Source: an uncultured archaeon (GTDB taxonomy: Archaea; Aenigmatarchaeota; Aenigmatarchaeia; QMZP01; JACQNV01). Taken from it: a stretch of DNA of 64,000 nucleotides. Made by a program: the position numbers and the translations under genes. The DNA is taken from assembly GCA_964410585.1 (NCBI GenBank), contig CAYPFW010000001.1:96001-160000 (forward strand), given 5' to 3'. Positions 26,445 through 37,003 of this stretch are shown in pieces. Within the stretch, counting starts at the first letter, position 1. Each line of letters starts with the position of its first letter. The notes under the pieces are model-generated. The model had not been told where the DNA came from, did not search any database, and worked only from the letters and a program-made list of their open reading frames with translations.

Positions 26445-28952
26445 ATGGTATTTATAGGTTCTGATAGAGATGTTGACCTATACATGCGAGAGGCAAGATC
26501 AATACCTCTTCTAACAAAAGAACAGGAGTACAATTTAGCTTGTGTATATAGAGGCGTTGGACCTCTTATAGGATCTAGCATTTACCAAAACAAAAATCAT
26601 CCATTCAGTACCTATAGAAATGGAAAAGCTTATTCTGAAATGTCACCTACAGAAGCAGCTGATTTGATGAGTAGGGGAAATAGAAGACTTGTTATTAGTA
26701 TAGCAAAAAGATATAGAAACCGAGGTTTGGATTTCCTCGATCTTCTTGCAGAAGGTGAAGTTGGCCTTGTTAAAGCTGTGCAAAAATACGAGCCTCAAAA
26801 AGGATTCAAGTTTTCAACATATGCAACTTGGTGGATAAAACAATCGGTAAAAAGAGCACTTGAAAAAACGCGGCAAATTCATATACCGATTCATATTTTT
26901 GAAATTCTTCCACGTTTTAATGAAGTATATAGAACTCTCCAAAGCGAGTTACAGAGGCCTCCTAGCACAGAAGAGATTGCACAAAAAATGGGCTTGAAAC
27001 CCTCCCAGGTTATTTTGATACAGGATGCAAAGGTAACCAAATCTAGAAAACTTTTAAGTCTAGATAGAATGAAGGGCGATGATGAAGATGAAAGCATGTA
27101 TAAAAGTATAGAGGACAGAACAGCAGATAGACCAGATGATCAAATGAGTCAATTAGACTCGGCAGTTCTGCTCAATACACTAATGGACCGCCTAACAGTA
27201 AGAGAAAGATATGTTATAGAAAGCCGAAAAGGATTGAACGGAAAAAGTCAAAAAACACTTGAGGAACTTGGATTGGAATTAGATGTGACAAGGGAAAGAG
27301 TAAGACAAATAGAAATCAAGTCAATGGAGAAGCTTAAACAGGCAGCTAAAAGTATTCGTGCTACTAGTGTCATCAAAAGTAATATTGAAAGCGATAAACA
27401 GGTAGCTCAACAAAGCAAAAGACTGAATCGCCCAAATTATCCAGCAGAGAGAACAGAAGTATCTGATTCAAGCTCCTATTCTGTCTCAGAAATACATGGA
27501 ATGTGGGGATTTGGATCACATAGTGCAACATCAAGACACATAAGATTAAGCGCTGCAAGAAAGGTGGGTTGGGGAAGATACTCAAAAGAAGACATAGATA
27601 AGTACACTGCAAGCTTTGGTCTTTTTGGTGAAGAACCGGTTATTAAACAGCAATCTATTTTAGATGAAACAATACCAGTTGAAGAAAGGGATTGGCTTAC
27701 ATTTGCTGAAATAAAAGAACTGTTTGGCTATCCAAACGCAGAGTCAAACTACAGACACATAAGATTGAGTGGCTCAAGAAAAGTAGATCACGACAAATAC
27801 ACAAAAGCAGAAATCCTTGCGTACATAGATTGGCACATGAAAGACCTTCTAAATATGCCATTGAAACACGCTGAAACAATGACAGATGTGAGACAAGGAA
27901 TAACTATAGATGAAGTACTTTCTGACCCTCAAATAGCTGATCTTTCTTTTAAAGATATTAGGAAAATTTCAGGGAAATCTGAAGCAGCTGTATACAATGC
28001 AATTAAAGCCAATAATATCCAAAATACAGCAAGAGGCAGATATCCAAAAGAAATTCTTGCAACAATAAGAGAGAGAGATGAAAGAAGAGTGAAAACCCAC
28101 ACACTACATGACGGCACAAATCACAAAGCAAGAATAGTTTTCGAAAACACAGAAACAGATGACACAACTCCACATGAAAGAGCAAAAGTGAATAGAAGAT
28201 CTTATTCTGCGTCAGACGTTTCTAATCTTTTAGATATATCAGTACATGAAGTTCGCCCATTTTCTGTCGCTGTAGGCATATCAATATCTGGGCACAGCAA
28301 ATATTCTAAAAAAGATGTAGATGAATACCTAGCCAAAAGGGAAGAAATACTTGCAATCCCAATGAGAGAAAGAGATGTTTTGGATATATCTGAAATTTGT
28401 GATATGTTTGGTTTTGATACATGGCGATCCACACAAAACCACCTTTATGCAAGCAGGTCTCAGAGGCTCGGAGTTGGCTTGTTTTCCAAAAGAGAAATTT
28501 TAGAATATATAGACATGCACATGCAAGACCTTTTGAACATGCCATTTGTAAAAGCAATGTCACCGGAGACAAAAACTCCTGAAACGGTTCAACAAATAGA
28601 AAGGAAACCTTACAAAAGCCCAGGAATAGAATTAGAATTTAATCCAGGAGAAAATGTACTTCTTCCTAGTTCTGTTAGAGAATTAACTGGGAGAGATCCT
28701 AGCCAACTTCTTAAATATTTGAGATCCCGTGGATTAAGATCAAGAGAATTTAGAATAGGTTGTGTTGCTGAATATTTGGATTATATGAGAAAGAAAAAAG
28801 AAGTAAAGGAAGAAGCCAAAGACAAATTTTATGGCGGACTTAAAGAGCTTGTCCAAAGGGAAGGCAGAAGACCAGAAAGGAAGCTTGTAATAAATGTGCA
28901 AATAAAAGTTCAGGACATTCACCAAAATTCTGTTGTCGAAGAAGCAGTCTAA
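26445..28952 (+). CDS. Sigma-70 family (RpoD/RpoS-like) protein fused to tandem HTH-like repeats
   Basis: Region 1.2 [17 protein letters not shown]; region 2 [26 protein letters not shown]; region 3 RPPSTEEIA; region 4 [16 protein letters not shown]; ~530-aa repeated C-terminal extension. Confidence 0.9.
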   Translation: MVFIGSDRDVDLYMREARSIPLLTKEQEYNLACVYRGVGPLIGSSIYQNKNHPFSTYRNGKAYSEMSPTEAADLMSRGNRRLVISIAKRYRNRGLDFLDLLAEGEVGLVKAVQKYEPQKGFKFSTYATWWIKQSVKRALEKTRQIHIPIHIFEILPRFNEVYRTLQSELQRPPSTEEIAQKMGLKPSQVILIQDAKVTKSRKLLSLDRMKGDDEDESMYKSIEDRTADRPDDQMSQLDSAVLLNTLMDRLTVRERYVIESRKGLNGKSQKTLEELGLELDVTRERVRQIEIKSMEKLKQAAKSIRATSVIKSNIESDKQVAQQSKRLNRPNYPAERTEVSDSSSYSVSEIHGMWGFGSHSATSRHIRLSAARKVGWGRYSKEDIDKYTASFGLFGEEPVIKQQSILDETIPVEERDWLTFAEIKELFGYPNAESNYRHIRLSGSRKVDHDKYTKAEILAYIDWHMKDLLNMPLKHAETMTDVRQGITIDEVLSDPQIADLSFKDIRKISGKSEAAVYNAIKANNIQNTARGRYPKEILATIRERDERRVKTHTLHDGTNHKARIVFENTETDDTTPHERAKVNRRSYSASDVSNLLDISVHEVRPFSVAVGISISGHSKYSKKDVDEYLAKREEILAIPMRERDVLDISEICDMFGFDTWRSTQNHLYASRSQRLGVGLFSKREILEYIDMHMQDLLNMPFVKAMSPETKTPETVQQIERKPYKSPGIELEFNPGENVLLPSSVRELTGRDPSQLLKYLRSRGLRSREFRIGCVAEYLDYMRKKKEVKEEAKDKFYGGLKELVQREGRRPERKLVINVQIKVQDIHQNSVVEEAV

Positions 28953-29368
28953 ATATCCAAAATAACCCTAGCAAACCATCCTGTTTTTGTTTTTTTCACT
29001 TCAAATCGATGCAGAGTGACAGCTTTTACATCAACTTTAAGTTCGTGTTTTTTTGGATCTATTTTTTCCCCTTCCAAAACAGCTTTTAGTCTGTTTGGCT
29101 TTCCTTCAGAAATAGAAACTTTGATTTTTGAAAACAGAAGTAATTCAGCGTCTTTCAAAAAAATCAACTCTTGGAGAAAATCAAAAAACAGCATTTCTAT
29201 ATTGTCTTTTTCCAAAACAATTTCCTTTTTCACTTTTGTTTTTATCCCCTTCAAATCAACTTGCGTCTCTTCTGTAGCCAGTCCTGCTGCTTCAAAAAGT
29301 TCATCTAAACTTTTCCCCTTTGCTTCAAACAAAACATCTGCTGTGTGGTCGAAAAACTTATAACCCAT
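28949..29368 (-). CDS. Archease (RtcB cofactor)
   Basis: DHTADV, VKAVTLH, C-terminal LDI. Confidence 0.95.
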   Translation of the reverse strand: MGYKFFDHTADVLFEAKGKSLDELFEAAGLATEETQVDLKGIKTKVKKEIVLEKDNIEMLFFDFLQELIFLKDAELLLFSKIKVSISEGKPNRLKAVLEGEKIDPKKHELKVDVKAVTLHRFEVKKTKTGWFARVILDI

Positions 29369-29399
29369 CTTATTAATTGACAGAGTAGAATATATCTCT

Positions 29400-30203
29400 A
29401 TGAGAAGAGGAATACGGCTTAGGGCCTATTTGATGCTGACAGGAGAATTCAAAAAATCTTTTGATGTGATTAGGCTAGTAGAGTCTGGAAAAATTTTGGT
29501 TAATGGAAAGATTGTCACAAACCCAGAATTCCACATAAACAAAAAAGATTTAATCGAGATGAAAGACGGTCAAGGTTTGAAAACATTTAAAACAAAATCT
29601 TTTGTTTACCTTATTTTGAACAAGCCTACAGGATATGTATCCCAAAAACTACCCCTTTCTTTAGAAAAGAAAGGTGTAAGGTATCCCAAAGAAACTAATA
29701 TAGAAAATAATAATGAAAAGTCTGTGTACGAATTGATCTACAAAATACCTGAGCTAGATATTGAGACAAAAAAAACTTTATTTGCTGTTGGTCGTTTAGA
29801 CAAAGACACAGAAGGCCTGCTAATTTTCACAAATGATGGAAAATTATCCAATGAATTGATGAGGCCAGAAAAACACATACAAAAAACTTATTTTGTTGAA
29901 ACCCAAAAATCAATTTCTGAATTAGATTTGAAAAAATTGGAGTCTGGAGTAAAAATAAGAACAGAAGAAGGAGAAGCTTTTGTCAAGGCAGTCAAAACAC
30001 AAAAATTTTCAGATAGAACAGCTGAATTGATTATAGACGAGGGAAAGAAAAGACAAGTGAAGCTCATGTTTTTGTCGATTGGAAACAATGTTGTTCGTTT
30101 GAAAAGAGTTGGTATTGGAAAACTAAGAATAGAAAACCTAGATTTCAAAGGAAAAAATTATTTGATAACCAACAAACAGGAGTTGGAAAAATTACTATTC
30201 TAG
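29400..30203 (+). CDS. RsuA/RluB-family pseudouridine synthase with S4 domain
   Basis: LNKPTGY, VGRLDKDTEGLLIFTNDG, EGKKRQVK, LKRVGIG. Confidence 0.92.
   Translation: MRRGIRLRAYLMLTGEFKKSFDVIRLVESGKILVNGKIVTNPEFHINKKDLIEMKDGQGLKTFKTKSFVYLILNKPTGYVSQKLPLSLEKKGVRYPKETNIENNNEKSVYELIYKIPELDIETKKTLFAVGRLDKDTEGLLIFTNDGKLSNELMRPEKHIQKTYFVETQKSISELDLKKLESGVKIRTEEGEAFVKAVKTQKFSDRTAELIIDEGKKRQVKLMFLSIGNNVVRLKRVGIGKLRIENLDFKGKNYLITNKQELEKLLF
29649..29702 (+). repeat. Repeat A inserted in frame in the pseudouridine synthase gene
   Basis: CTACCCCTTTCTTTAGAAAAGAAAGGTGTAAGGTATCCCAAAGAAACTAATATA matches the A hairpin + tail. Confidence 0.8.
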
Positions 30204-31055
30204 CTTTATTTTGTTTTTTATTCTATCTATTCCTTCCCCAATAAAAACCAATTTTTTATCTCCTTGCTTTTCTTCTAGATCCCATCTACCAGCAACAAAA
30301 TTTATCAGTGTGGATTTCCCATCTAAATTTACAAACCCTTTCAATCTGTACACTTCTTTTGGGATGTTTTTGAGGAAGCTTTCCAATTCGATTTTGGTAA
30401 ACCTCTTTTTTGATTCTAAAACAAAACTTTCCATTTTGGTGTGTTCTGATTTTTTGTGCAATTTCCTTTCTCTATGTTCAACTTCTAAAGAAAACAACAA
30501 GTCAACATCAACCTCACAGTGTTTTGTTTTGAAAACATGTGCACGCGGGTTTAGGTTTTTTATTTTGTTTTCAATATTTTTTATCTGATCCGCTTTTACC
30601 AAATCAATCTTGTTCAGTAAAACAACATCTGCAACTTCTATCTGTGCTTCACCAACTTTCCCTATGTTAGGGAACCGAACAAAAGAATCTGCATCTACGA
30701 CGATTACCACAGTATCCAGCTTTACCTCCTTCAAATTTTCTTCGACATCAAAAACAATTGCATCTGGTTCAGCCACTCCAGTTGTTTCAACAATAATTAT
30801 TTCAGGTGAATATTTTTGTATGATCTCTTTTATTGCAAATTCAAATTCTCCTGTAAGAGAACAGCATACACAACCGCCGGAAAGTTCTTGTATATCCACA
30901 TTTTTTCCTTTGATGATTTGTGTATCTATAGAAACTTCCCCAAACTCGTTCATCAAAATAGCAAATTTTCTGTCTAAATTTTCAATTACTCTTTTGAGTA
31001 GAGTTGTCTTCCCTGCTCCCAAATATCCAGAAATTATTGTTATTGGAGTTTTCAT
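30195..31055 (-). CDS. COG0523/CobW-family GTPase (metallochaperone)
   Basis: GYLGAGKTT, NEFGE, GCVCC, ETTGVA, NKID. Confidence 0.95.
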   Translation of the reverse strand: MKTPITIISGYLGAGKTTLLKRVIENLDRKFAILMNEFGEVSIDTQIIKGKNVDIQELSGGCVCCSLTGEFEFAIKEIIQKYSPEIIIVETTGVAEPDAIVFDVEENLKEVKLDTVVIVVDADSFVRFPNIGKVGEAQIEVADVVLLNKIDLVKADQIKNIENKIKNLNPRAHVFKTKHCEVDVDLLFSLEVEHRERKLHKKSEHTKMESFVLESKKRFTKIELESFLKNIPKEVYRLKGFVNLDGKSTLINFVAGRWDLEEKQGDKKLVFIGEGIDRIKNKIKLE

Positions 31056-31121
31056 ATTAGTATATATGACAAATAGAAACATAAGGAAATAGTCTCTTCT
31101 TCTTGTGATCTATTAAAAGTT

Positions 31122-32051
31122 TCATACTTTCCTCCCAACAATCAGATGATGTGGAGCATATGGGCCCTCGTCGCCATCTGTATATCTCCAAAGTTCTGTT
31201 TTAAATCCTCTTTCCTCTAAAAACAAACATCTATCCAAACAAATCAATTGTTTAGCAACAATAGAAACAATCATATTGTGTTCATCTCGGTGTGTTTCTG
31301 GAACAAATCTGTCTCCTTCTTTCCTTCTTGTGTGTGGAGCATTTATCAATTTATGTAAAAGTTGAGTGTCAATACCAAACTTTTTGGCATAGTCAGATAG
31401 TGGAAATTTGTATGGGTATCTTCTTCCATTTTTTCCGGCTTCTAAATCTTTTCCACTTCTATCCACTAATTCTGGAAGGTTTATTGGTGTGCTCAAAACA
31501 ATATCAACACCTGTCGCAGCTGCCTGTTGAACCAAATCTGCTCCAACAATGCCAGGAGATCTAAATCCAGTTAGAATCCGTTGTCCACCATTGTAGTGTG
31601 CACTAAGCGGATATCTTGGTTCAAATCTTGCTTCCTCTAATCTTAGATTTCCAACTGCTGCGTGGAGATCTTTCAAATATCTTAGAACTTCTTCCCTTGT
31701 TCTGAATGTTCTGTATCCCAAATTTGCATCATTGTTAAAATTTTCAGGGGAAAAGGAAACATCTATACCAACAACTGCTATTTTTGGTTTTTCTCTTGCA
31801 AAATCCGCTGTGAATCTTATGCCTGAATGGCAACCAACATCGACAAGTACTGTGCTTGGCTCGTCTCTTATTTCAGGTGAAAACCTATCAACAACATATT
31901 CTCTGTCTAAGACCCCTTCTGGTTCTAAACCATCTGTTCTAGGAAGACTTCTTTCTTGATATCCAAAATCTTCTCTATAGCTTCCTGTTCTGAGACCTCC
32001 AAACCTGTCTAAAAAGTGTACAGTATAAAAAAACCTTTCTCTAGTGTTCAT
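31122..32051 (-). CDS. Hypothetical protein, possible SAM-binding fold
   Basis: LVDVGCHSG...VVGID resembles methyltransferase motifs I/II. Confidence 0.55.
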   Translation of the reverse strand: MNTRERFFYTVHFLDRFGGLRTGSYREDFGYQERSLPRTDGLEPEGVLDREYVVDRFSPEIRDEPSTVLVDVGCHSGIRFTADFAREKPKIAVVGIDVSFSPENFNNDANLGYRTFRTREEVLRYLKDLHAAVGNLRLEEARFEPRYPLSAHYNGGQRILTGFRSPGIVGADLVQQAAATGVDIVLSTPINLPELVDRSGKDLEAGKNGRRYPYKFPLSDYAKKFGIDTQLLHKLINAPHTRRKEGDRFVPETHRDEHNMIVSIVAKQLICLDRCLFLEERGFKTELWRYTDGDEGPYAPHHLIVGRKV

Positions 32052-32144
32052 TGGAGAAGTAGGCTAGAATGATTTATATATTTTAAAAAGATGTTTTGGA
32101 TCAAAGAGGTTAACATAAGTTTATGTATTAGCTGTGGTATATAA

Positions 32145-33119
32145 TTAACCCTTAACATTCCCAACGGGAACCAACTTGACAACTTTTTGAGAAATATCTT
32201 CATCAAGTCTATTTTTCTTTGATTCTATATATTTATCGAGAGCTACCTTTTTGATAAACCAGTTCCTTCCTATCTTGTGTGCTTCTATTTTTCCCTTTCT
32301 TGCAAGCAGGCTAAGATATTCTTGTGAATATGGTGTGCCTTTTGATGCTTGCTCCAGGCTTATAAATTCCGGTCCCTTTTTGAAAGCATCCAAATAAAAG
32401 TCTAGGCTTCTTTCCACATTGCGAGCAATAAAATTTGCAAATGGTTTAATGTCTCCTGAATCTGCTTTTCTAAGTTTGTCATAGTATTTATTCCTATCAA
32501 CTTTTAGTACCATCGTTATTGGATATCCATGTTTCATCAAAAAGAGGTTCATGATCAATCTTGATGTTCTCCCATTACCATCTGTGAATGGGTGTATTTC
32601 AACTAGTTTATAGTGTATAATTGCCGCGAGTTCTATAACATTCAAATTTTCTGGGTTGTTAGAGACATATTCTATAAACTCTTTCATTTTGTCAGGGACT
32701 TTTTCAAACCTTGGCGGACTTTTTACAGCTCCCAAAATTCTTACATTTACATCTCTGTATCTGCCTGCATATTCATCATCAATACCTGTCAAAATTATCT
32801 TGTGAACTCCCTTTATTGTATCCTCTGTTATTTGAGATGTTTTGTTTACAATGTCTTCCAAAAATTCAAAAGCTTTTTGGTGGTTTATAGCCTCAAAGTG
32901 TTCCCTTAAAGGTTTTCCTTTTATTGTAATGCCTTCCTCTATAACAAGTTTTGTTTCTCTTAATGTAAGCGTGTTGCCCTCTATAGCATTTGAATTGTAT
33001 GCCAATTCTATTGCAAACTGTTTTCTCAAATTCTCCAATGCAGATTTCGGCAATGGTCTTAGCGCGTCCAATTCCTTCTTCTTTTTAACTATTCTTTGGT
33101 ATAATTCTTGATCTATCAT
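32145..33119 (-). CDS. Fic-domain protein with C-terminal HTH and an appended RtcB-like tail
   Basis: SNAIEGN inhibitory helix, HPFTDGNGRTSR Fic motif, HTH-like YSQEYLSLLARKGKIEAHKIGRNW. Confidence 0.93.
   Translation of the reverse strand: MIDQELYQRIVKKKKELDALRPLPKSALENLRKQFAIELAYNSNAIEGNTLTLRETKLVIEEGITIKGKPLREHFEAINHQKAFEFLEDIVNKTSQITEDTIKGVHKIILTGIDDEYAGRYRDVNVRILGAVKSPPRFEKVPDKMKEFIEYVSNNPENLNVIELAAIIHYKLVEIHPFTDGNGRTSRLIMNLFLMKHGYPITMVLKVDRNKYYDKLRKADSGDIKPFANFIARNVERSLDFYLDAFKKGPEFISLEQASKGTPYSQEYLSLLARKGKIEAHKIGRNWFIKKVALDKYIESKKNRLDEDISQKVVKLVPVGNVKG
32146..32195. repeat. Direct repeat copy of the rtcB 3' end (47/50 identical to 33225-33274)
   Basis: TAACCCTTAACATTCCCAA(CG/TT)GGAACCAACTTGACAACTTT(T/C)TGAGAAAT at both loci. 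Confidence 0.92.
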
Positions 33120-33131
33120 ATCTATATATTG

Positions 33132-33210
33132 TATCGGATATCTTATAAATCTATCTATCCGATATATTAGAATACAGTATCGGATGCAACTGATTTTAAT
33201 CTATCCGATA
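33132..33210. promoter_or_regulatory. Two tandem inverted repeats TATCGGAT(A/G)-N15-TATCCGATA at the fic promoter
   Basis: 33132-33164 and 33178-33210; the first straddles the TATA box (TTATAAA). Confidence 0.65.
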
Positions 33211-33223
33211 TTGGAAGAAACAG

Positions 33224-34708
33224 CTAACCCTTAACATTCCCAATTGGAACCAACTTGACAACTTTCTGAGAAATGCCAGCGTTGTGTGCTGATTCGATGA
33301 CTTCGTCAATATCCTTGTACGCGCCACCAGCTTCTTCAGCTAAACCAGAGAACGAAACCGTTTTAACTAGAATTCCTCTCTTCTCCATATCTTTTTGTAG
33401 TTGCTCGCCTCTCCACTGCCTTTTCGCTGCGTTTCTTGACATTGTCCTTCCAGAACCGTGGCATGTTGATCCAAAAGTCTCTTCTTCTGCTTTTTTTGTG
33501 CCGACCAAGAGATATGAGCCAGTTTCCATTGAGCCACCGATGATCACAGGTTGTCCATCATCCCTGTAAATTTTAGGAACCTCCTCCCTTCCAGGACCAA
33601 GGCTTCTGGTTGCGCCTTTTCTATGTACGATGACTTTTTTCTTTTTTCCATCAACTACATATTCTTCAATTTTAGCGGTATTGTGCGCCACATCATACAC
33701 TTGTTTCATTCCTAAACTTTCCGGTGACTGTTTGAAAACATCTGAGAATACCTCTCTGATTCTGTGCAAAATAACTTGCCTATTTGCAAAGCTCATGTTT
33801 ATTCCAGTTTGCATTGCTTTGAAATAATCTTGTCCTTCAGGTGATTGGAAAGGAGCACAAGCAAGCTCCCTGTCCAAAATTTTTATTTTGTATTTAGATT
33901 CCATCACAGACAAAAATTTGGTCAAATAATCTGTTGCAACTTGGTGGCCATATCCTCTTGAACCACAATGGAACATCAAAACAATTTGATCTGGGAAAAT
34001 CCCCCATTTTTTTGCAAGTTCTTTGTTGATTATGTTTTCTGGCAGAACTCTTTGGATTTCTAAATAGTGGTTTCCAGAACCTAAAGTTCCTATCTGATCT
34101 TTACCTCTTTGGATAGCTTTGTCAGAAACTTTGGAAACATCTGCTGCTTTCATCCTTCCATTTTCTTCTGTCCTTTCCAAATCCTCTTCCCAACCATATC
34201 CTTGCTTCACACACCACTCTGCACCAAGTTCAACAACTTCTTTGAATTGTTGTGCATTTAGTTTCACAAAACCAGAAGATCCAACACCTGCAGGAACTCT
34301 ATCGTATAGTTTATTTACTAAGTTTCTTAGTTGAGGTTGGACATCTTTGAAAGTGAGATTTGTCAACACAAGACGCATGCCGCAGTTAATATCAAACCCT
34401 ATTCCACCTGGAGAAATCACACCTTCTTCTAAATCAAACGCAGCGACACCGCCAATCGGAAAACCGTATCCCCAGTGTCCATCTGGCATACAGTATGCAA
34501 ATTTCTGAATTCCGGGCAAGTTTGCGACATTGGTTATTTGGTCGTAGACTCCTGGGTCCATTTCGTTGACCAATTTCTTTGACGCGACAATTCTTGCCGG
34601 CACATTCATGCCAGTTTTGTGGGTTTTAGGGATTTCCCAGATGTATGGTGTGATCTGCTTGATTTCTTTTGGCTTCTCTATTCTGATCTGAGATCCTTCT
34701 TCGTTCAT
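33224..34708 (-). CDS. rtcB: RNA-splicing ligase RtcB
   Basis: MPDGHWGYGFPIGG, GFDINCG, GSGNHY, HCGSRG, HRKGAT, HGSGR. Confidence 0.97.
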   Translation of the reverse strand: MNEEGSQIRIEKPKEIKQITPYIWEIPKTHKTGMNVPARIVASKKLVNEMDPGVYDQITNVANLPGIQKFAYCMPDGHWGYGFPIGGVAAFDLEEGVISPGGIGFDINCGMRLVLTNLTFKDVQPQLRNLVNKLYDRVPAGVGSSGFVKLNAQQFKEVVELGAEWCVKQGYGWEEDLERTEENGRMKAADVSKVSDKAIQRGKDQIGTLGSGNHYLEIQRVLPENIINKELAKKWGIFPDQIVLMFHCGSRGYGHQVATDYLTKFLSVMESKYKIKILDRELACAPFQSPEGQDYFKAMQTGINMSFANRQVILHRIREVFSDVFKQSPESLGMKQVYDVAHNTAKIEEYVVDGKKKKVIVHRKGATRSLGPGREEVPKIYRDDGQPVIIGGSMETGSYLLVGTKKAEEETFGSTCHGSGRTMSRNAAKRQWRGEQLQKDMEKRGILVKTVSFSGLAEEAGGAYKDIDEVIESAHNAGISQKVVKLVPIGNVKG

Positions 34709-34745
34709 AGGCTATAATAGAAATAGATCAATATAAATATCTAAA

Positions 34746-35828
34746 TCATCTTTTCCCTCTAACAGCTTCCTCTACTTCGTGAATATCATTAGAAATTTCA
34801 TCAAAACTACTAAGGGCTTTCACACGCTCTTCTTCTGTCATGTACATACCGTTATAAACTAGATATGTTGGTACTCCAGTTTCGCCTCCTCTGCCTTTAG
34901 ATATAAAACCACCTTTGAGAACAACCCAGGGAGCCAGTGGATGGCCAGAAAAGCTAAACCTCGACGCTCTGATCGAAGATTCTATTGCAGCTCTAGGATC
35001 TTCTACACCTGTTTTTTGGTAGAAGAAGTCTCTAATTGTTTCGTTTTCATCTAACCACATCAAACCAGAATTTCTAGATGGGTTTTCTTGATCTAAATAC
35101 CAATCCATGAAATTATCAAAAAATCTTCCAGCGTCTTGTATAGCTGCACCAAAGTCGCGTTGACCTCTAACAGTTCTCTTGAACACATAAGCATCTATAG
35201 AAAATCCTCCAACTTCTACACCAACAACACTATCAAATCCTAAGGTTCCTCTTTTAACATCTCTCAGTATTCCTTCTGCTCCTTGTTTTAATTCTTTCTC
35301 GAATTTTGGATTGAAAGAACCGACCATATGTATTTCAACTTGATAAACTGGTTTATCTTGGTTTTCAAACAAAGCATAACCTTTCAAAGCTCTGTGCACT
35401 GCCAAAGGATTCTTAAAAATAGGATCGTGAACTGGAATAACTATTCTTGTTGGATCTCTGTCAAAATGAGTAAAGTCTGTACCAACTGTCCTCTGCAATC
35501 TTTCTATATCGCCCATAGCTGTTTGCAGAAAAGTTGGAGATTCAATATAGCCTTTCTCTCTTTTACCTGAATAAAATCTATAAAATACTTGTGCTTCTAA
35601 ACATCCACCAGTATCTAAACTTGGTTTTATATCTCTGTGTGACCAAACAGAACCGTGCCTACCCTCGAATGTATATTCGGGTGTTTTCGGTCTCCCGTCT
35701 ACCTTCTCCATTGTTCTAAAAAAGGGTTCTAAGACACCACGATTTTTAAAAAGCCAGTTTGCATCTGACTCATAATCTTCTCCCCTTGTAGGATATGTTC
35801 TCGCTGATACCGCTTTTACTTTTATCAT
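34746..35828 (-). CDS. Hypothetical protein
   Basis: 360-aa ATG ORF, no recognised motif. Confidence 0.65.
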   Translation of the reverse strand: MIKVKAVSARTYPTRGEDYESDANWLFKNRGVLEPFFRTMEKVDGRPKTPEYTFEGRHGSVWSHRDIKPSLDTGGCLEAQVFYRFYSGKREKGYIESPTFLQTAMGDIERLQRTVGTDFTHFDRDPTRIVIPVHDPIFKNPLAVHRALKGYALFENQDKPVYQVEIHMVGSFNPKFEKELKQGAEGILRDVKRGTLGFDSVVGVEVGGFSIDAYVFKRTVRGQRDFGAAIQDAGRFFDNFMDWYLDQENPSRNSGLMWLDENETIRDFFYQKTGVEDPRAAIESSIRASRFSFSGHPLAPWVVLKGGFISKGRGGETGVPTYLVYNGMYMTEEERVKALSSFDEISNDIHEVEEAVRGKR

Positions 35829-36037
35829 GCTATTACTTGAGGTAGTAAGCTTTAAATTACTACTGGAGAGTTAAACGCTTAAAAAGCTTTGCCTATAGAA
35901 ATTCGCCCTAATTTAGATCCATTAAACAACATGCCACAAAAATTATCCAAATTTAAAACTTTCTGCCAACTTATAGAATTGGATACATCTGATTGAACAG
36001 TGTTCAAAGGCCAAAAAGATGTATTGGGCATTATATT

Positions 36038-37003
36038 ATGGAAGCAGAAGCACAAAATGTCATTGCAATAATGAGTGATTTTGATAGGACACTTTCACCT
36101 AGTTGCTTGACTCCACTTTTCAAGGAAAGAGGAATCACAGAAGACGAGTTCTTGAAACTAGCAAATGATAGATATAATTTAGAAAGAGCGGATTTTCTAA
36201 GAAGAGTTGAATTAGAAGAAGCACAGCTTCCAGAACACCTTAGGATCAATCCCAGAATGCAGGAGAGGTCGCACCCTTCACCTGAAGTTGCTTATTTCAA
36301 TGTTCTTCTGGATTTGGTGAGAGAGAATGAAAAGTTTAGAGGTTTATCAAGAGCCGAGCTTAGAGAATTGGGAAGAGAGGTTAAGTTCTATGATGGTGCC
36401 CCAGATTTTGTAAGAGAAATGAAAGAAGAGGTACAGAGAGATCAAAATTGGTCAAAGCACAAAATCACTTTAGAATTTCACATTGTAAGTTCAGGTCCTG
36501 CAGAAATAATTAGAGGAACAAGTATATCCAGTTTTTGCAACGGGATTTTTGGATTGGAAACATATGCAGTAGACCCAACATCAATGACAGATCCTATCCA
36601 TGAAGTTGTTTCTCCAATGACATTCACAGACAAAACAGGCGTTGTTCACAAAGTGCACAAAGGTCCTGATGTTCATGTGAATGATTATGTTCCACCACAC
36701 TTGAGAAGAGTAAGCGGTTCTTGTCTAATCTACATGGGCGATGGATCAACAGATGTGCCTCCAATGTCTGCAACAAGAACACTTGGTGGAAGATCGATTG
36801 CAGTTTATACTCCAGGTAACATAAAAACAGCTTTTGATTTGAGAGACCAGGACAGAGTTTTTGCCTATGGTCCTGCAGATTTCAGGCAAGGAAGTGTGAC
36901 AAGAGATACTTTACAAATGTTGGTTAGAAAAGCAGCAGAAGGAATAATTTACAGACATGAAAAAATGATAAGAGAGGGAACAGGAAGGGGTGCAAGATTT
37001 TAG
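36038..37003 (+). CDS. HAD-like hydrolase
   Basis: DFDRTLS, IVSSG, DK, YMGDGSTDVP. Confidence 0.8.
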   Translation: MEAEAQNVIAIMSDFDRTLSPSCLTPLFKERGITEDEFLKLANDRYNLERADFLRRVELEEAQLPEHLRINPRMQERSHPSPEVAYFNVLLDLVRENEKFRGLSRAELRELGREVKFYDGAPDFVREMKEEVQRDQNWSKHKITLEFHIVSSGPAEIIRGTSISSFCNGIFGLETYAVDPTSMTDPIHEVVSPMTFTDKTGVVHKVHKGPDVHVNDYVPPHLRRVSGSCLIYMGDGSTDVPPMSATRTLGGRSIAVYTPGNIKTAFDLRDQDRVFAYGPADFRQGSVTRDTLQMLVRKAAEGIIYRHEKMIREGTGRGARF

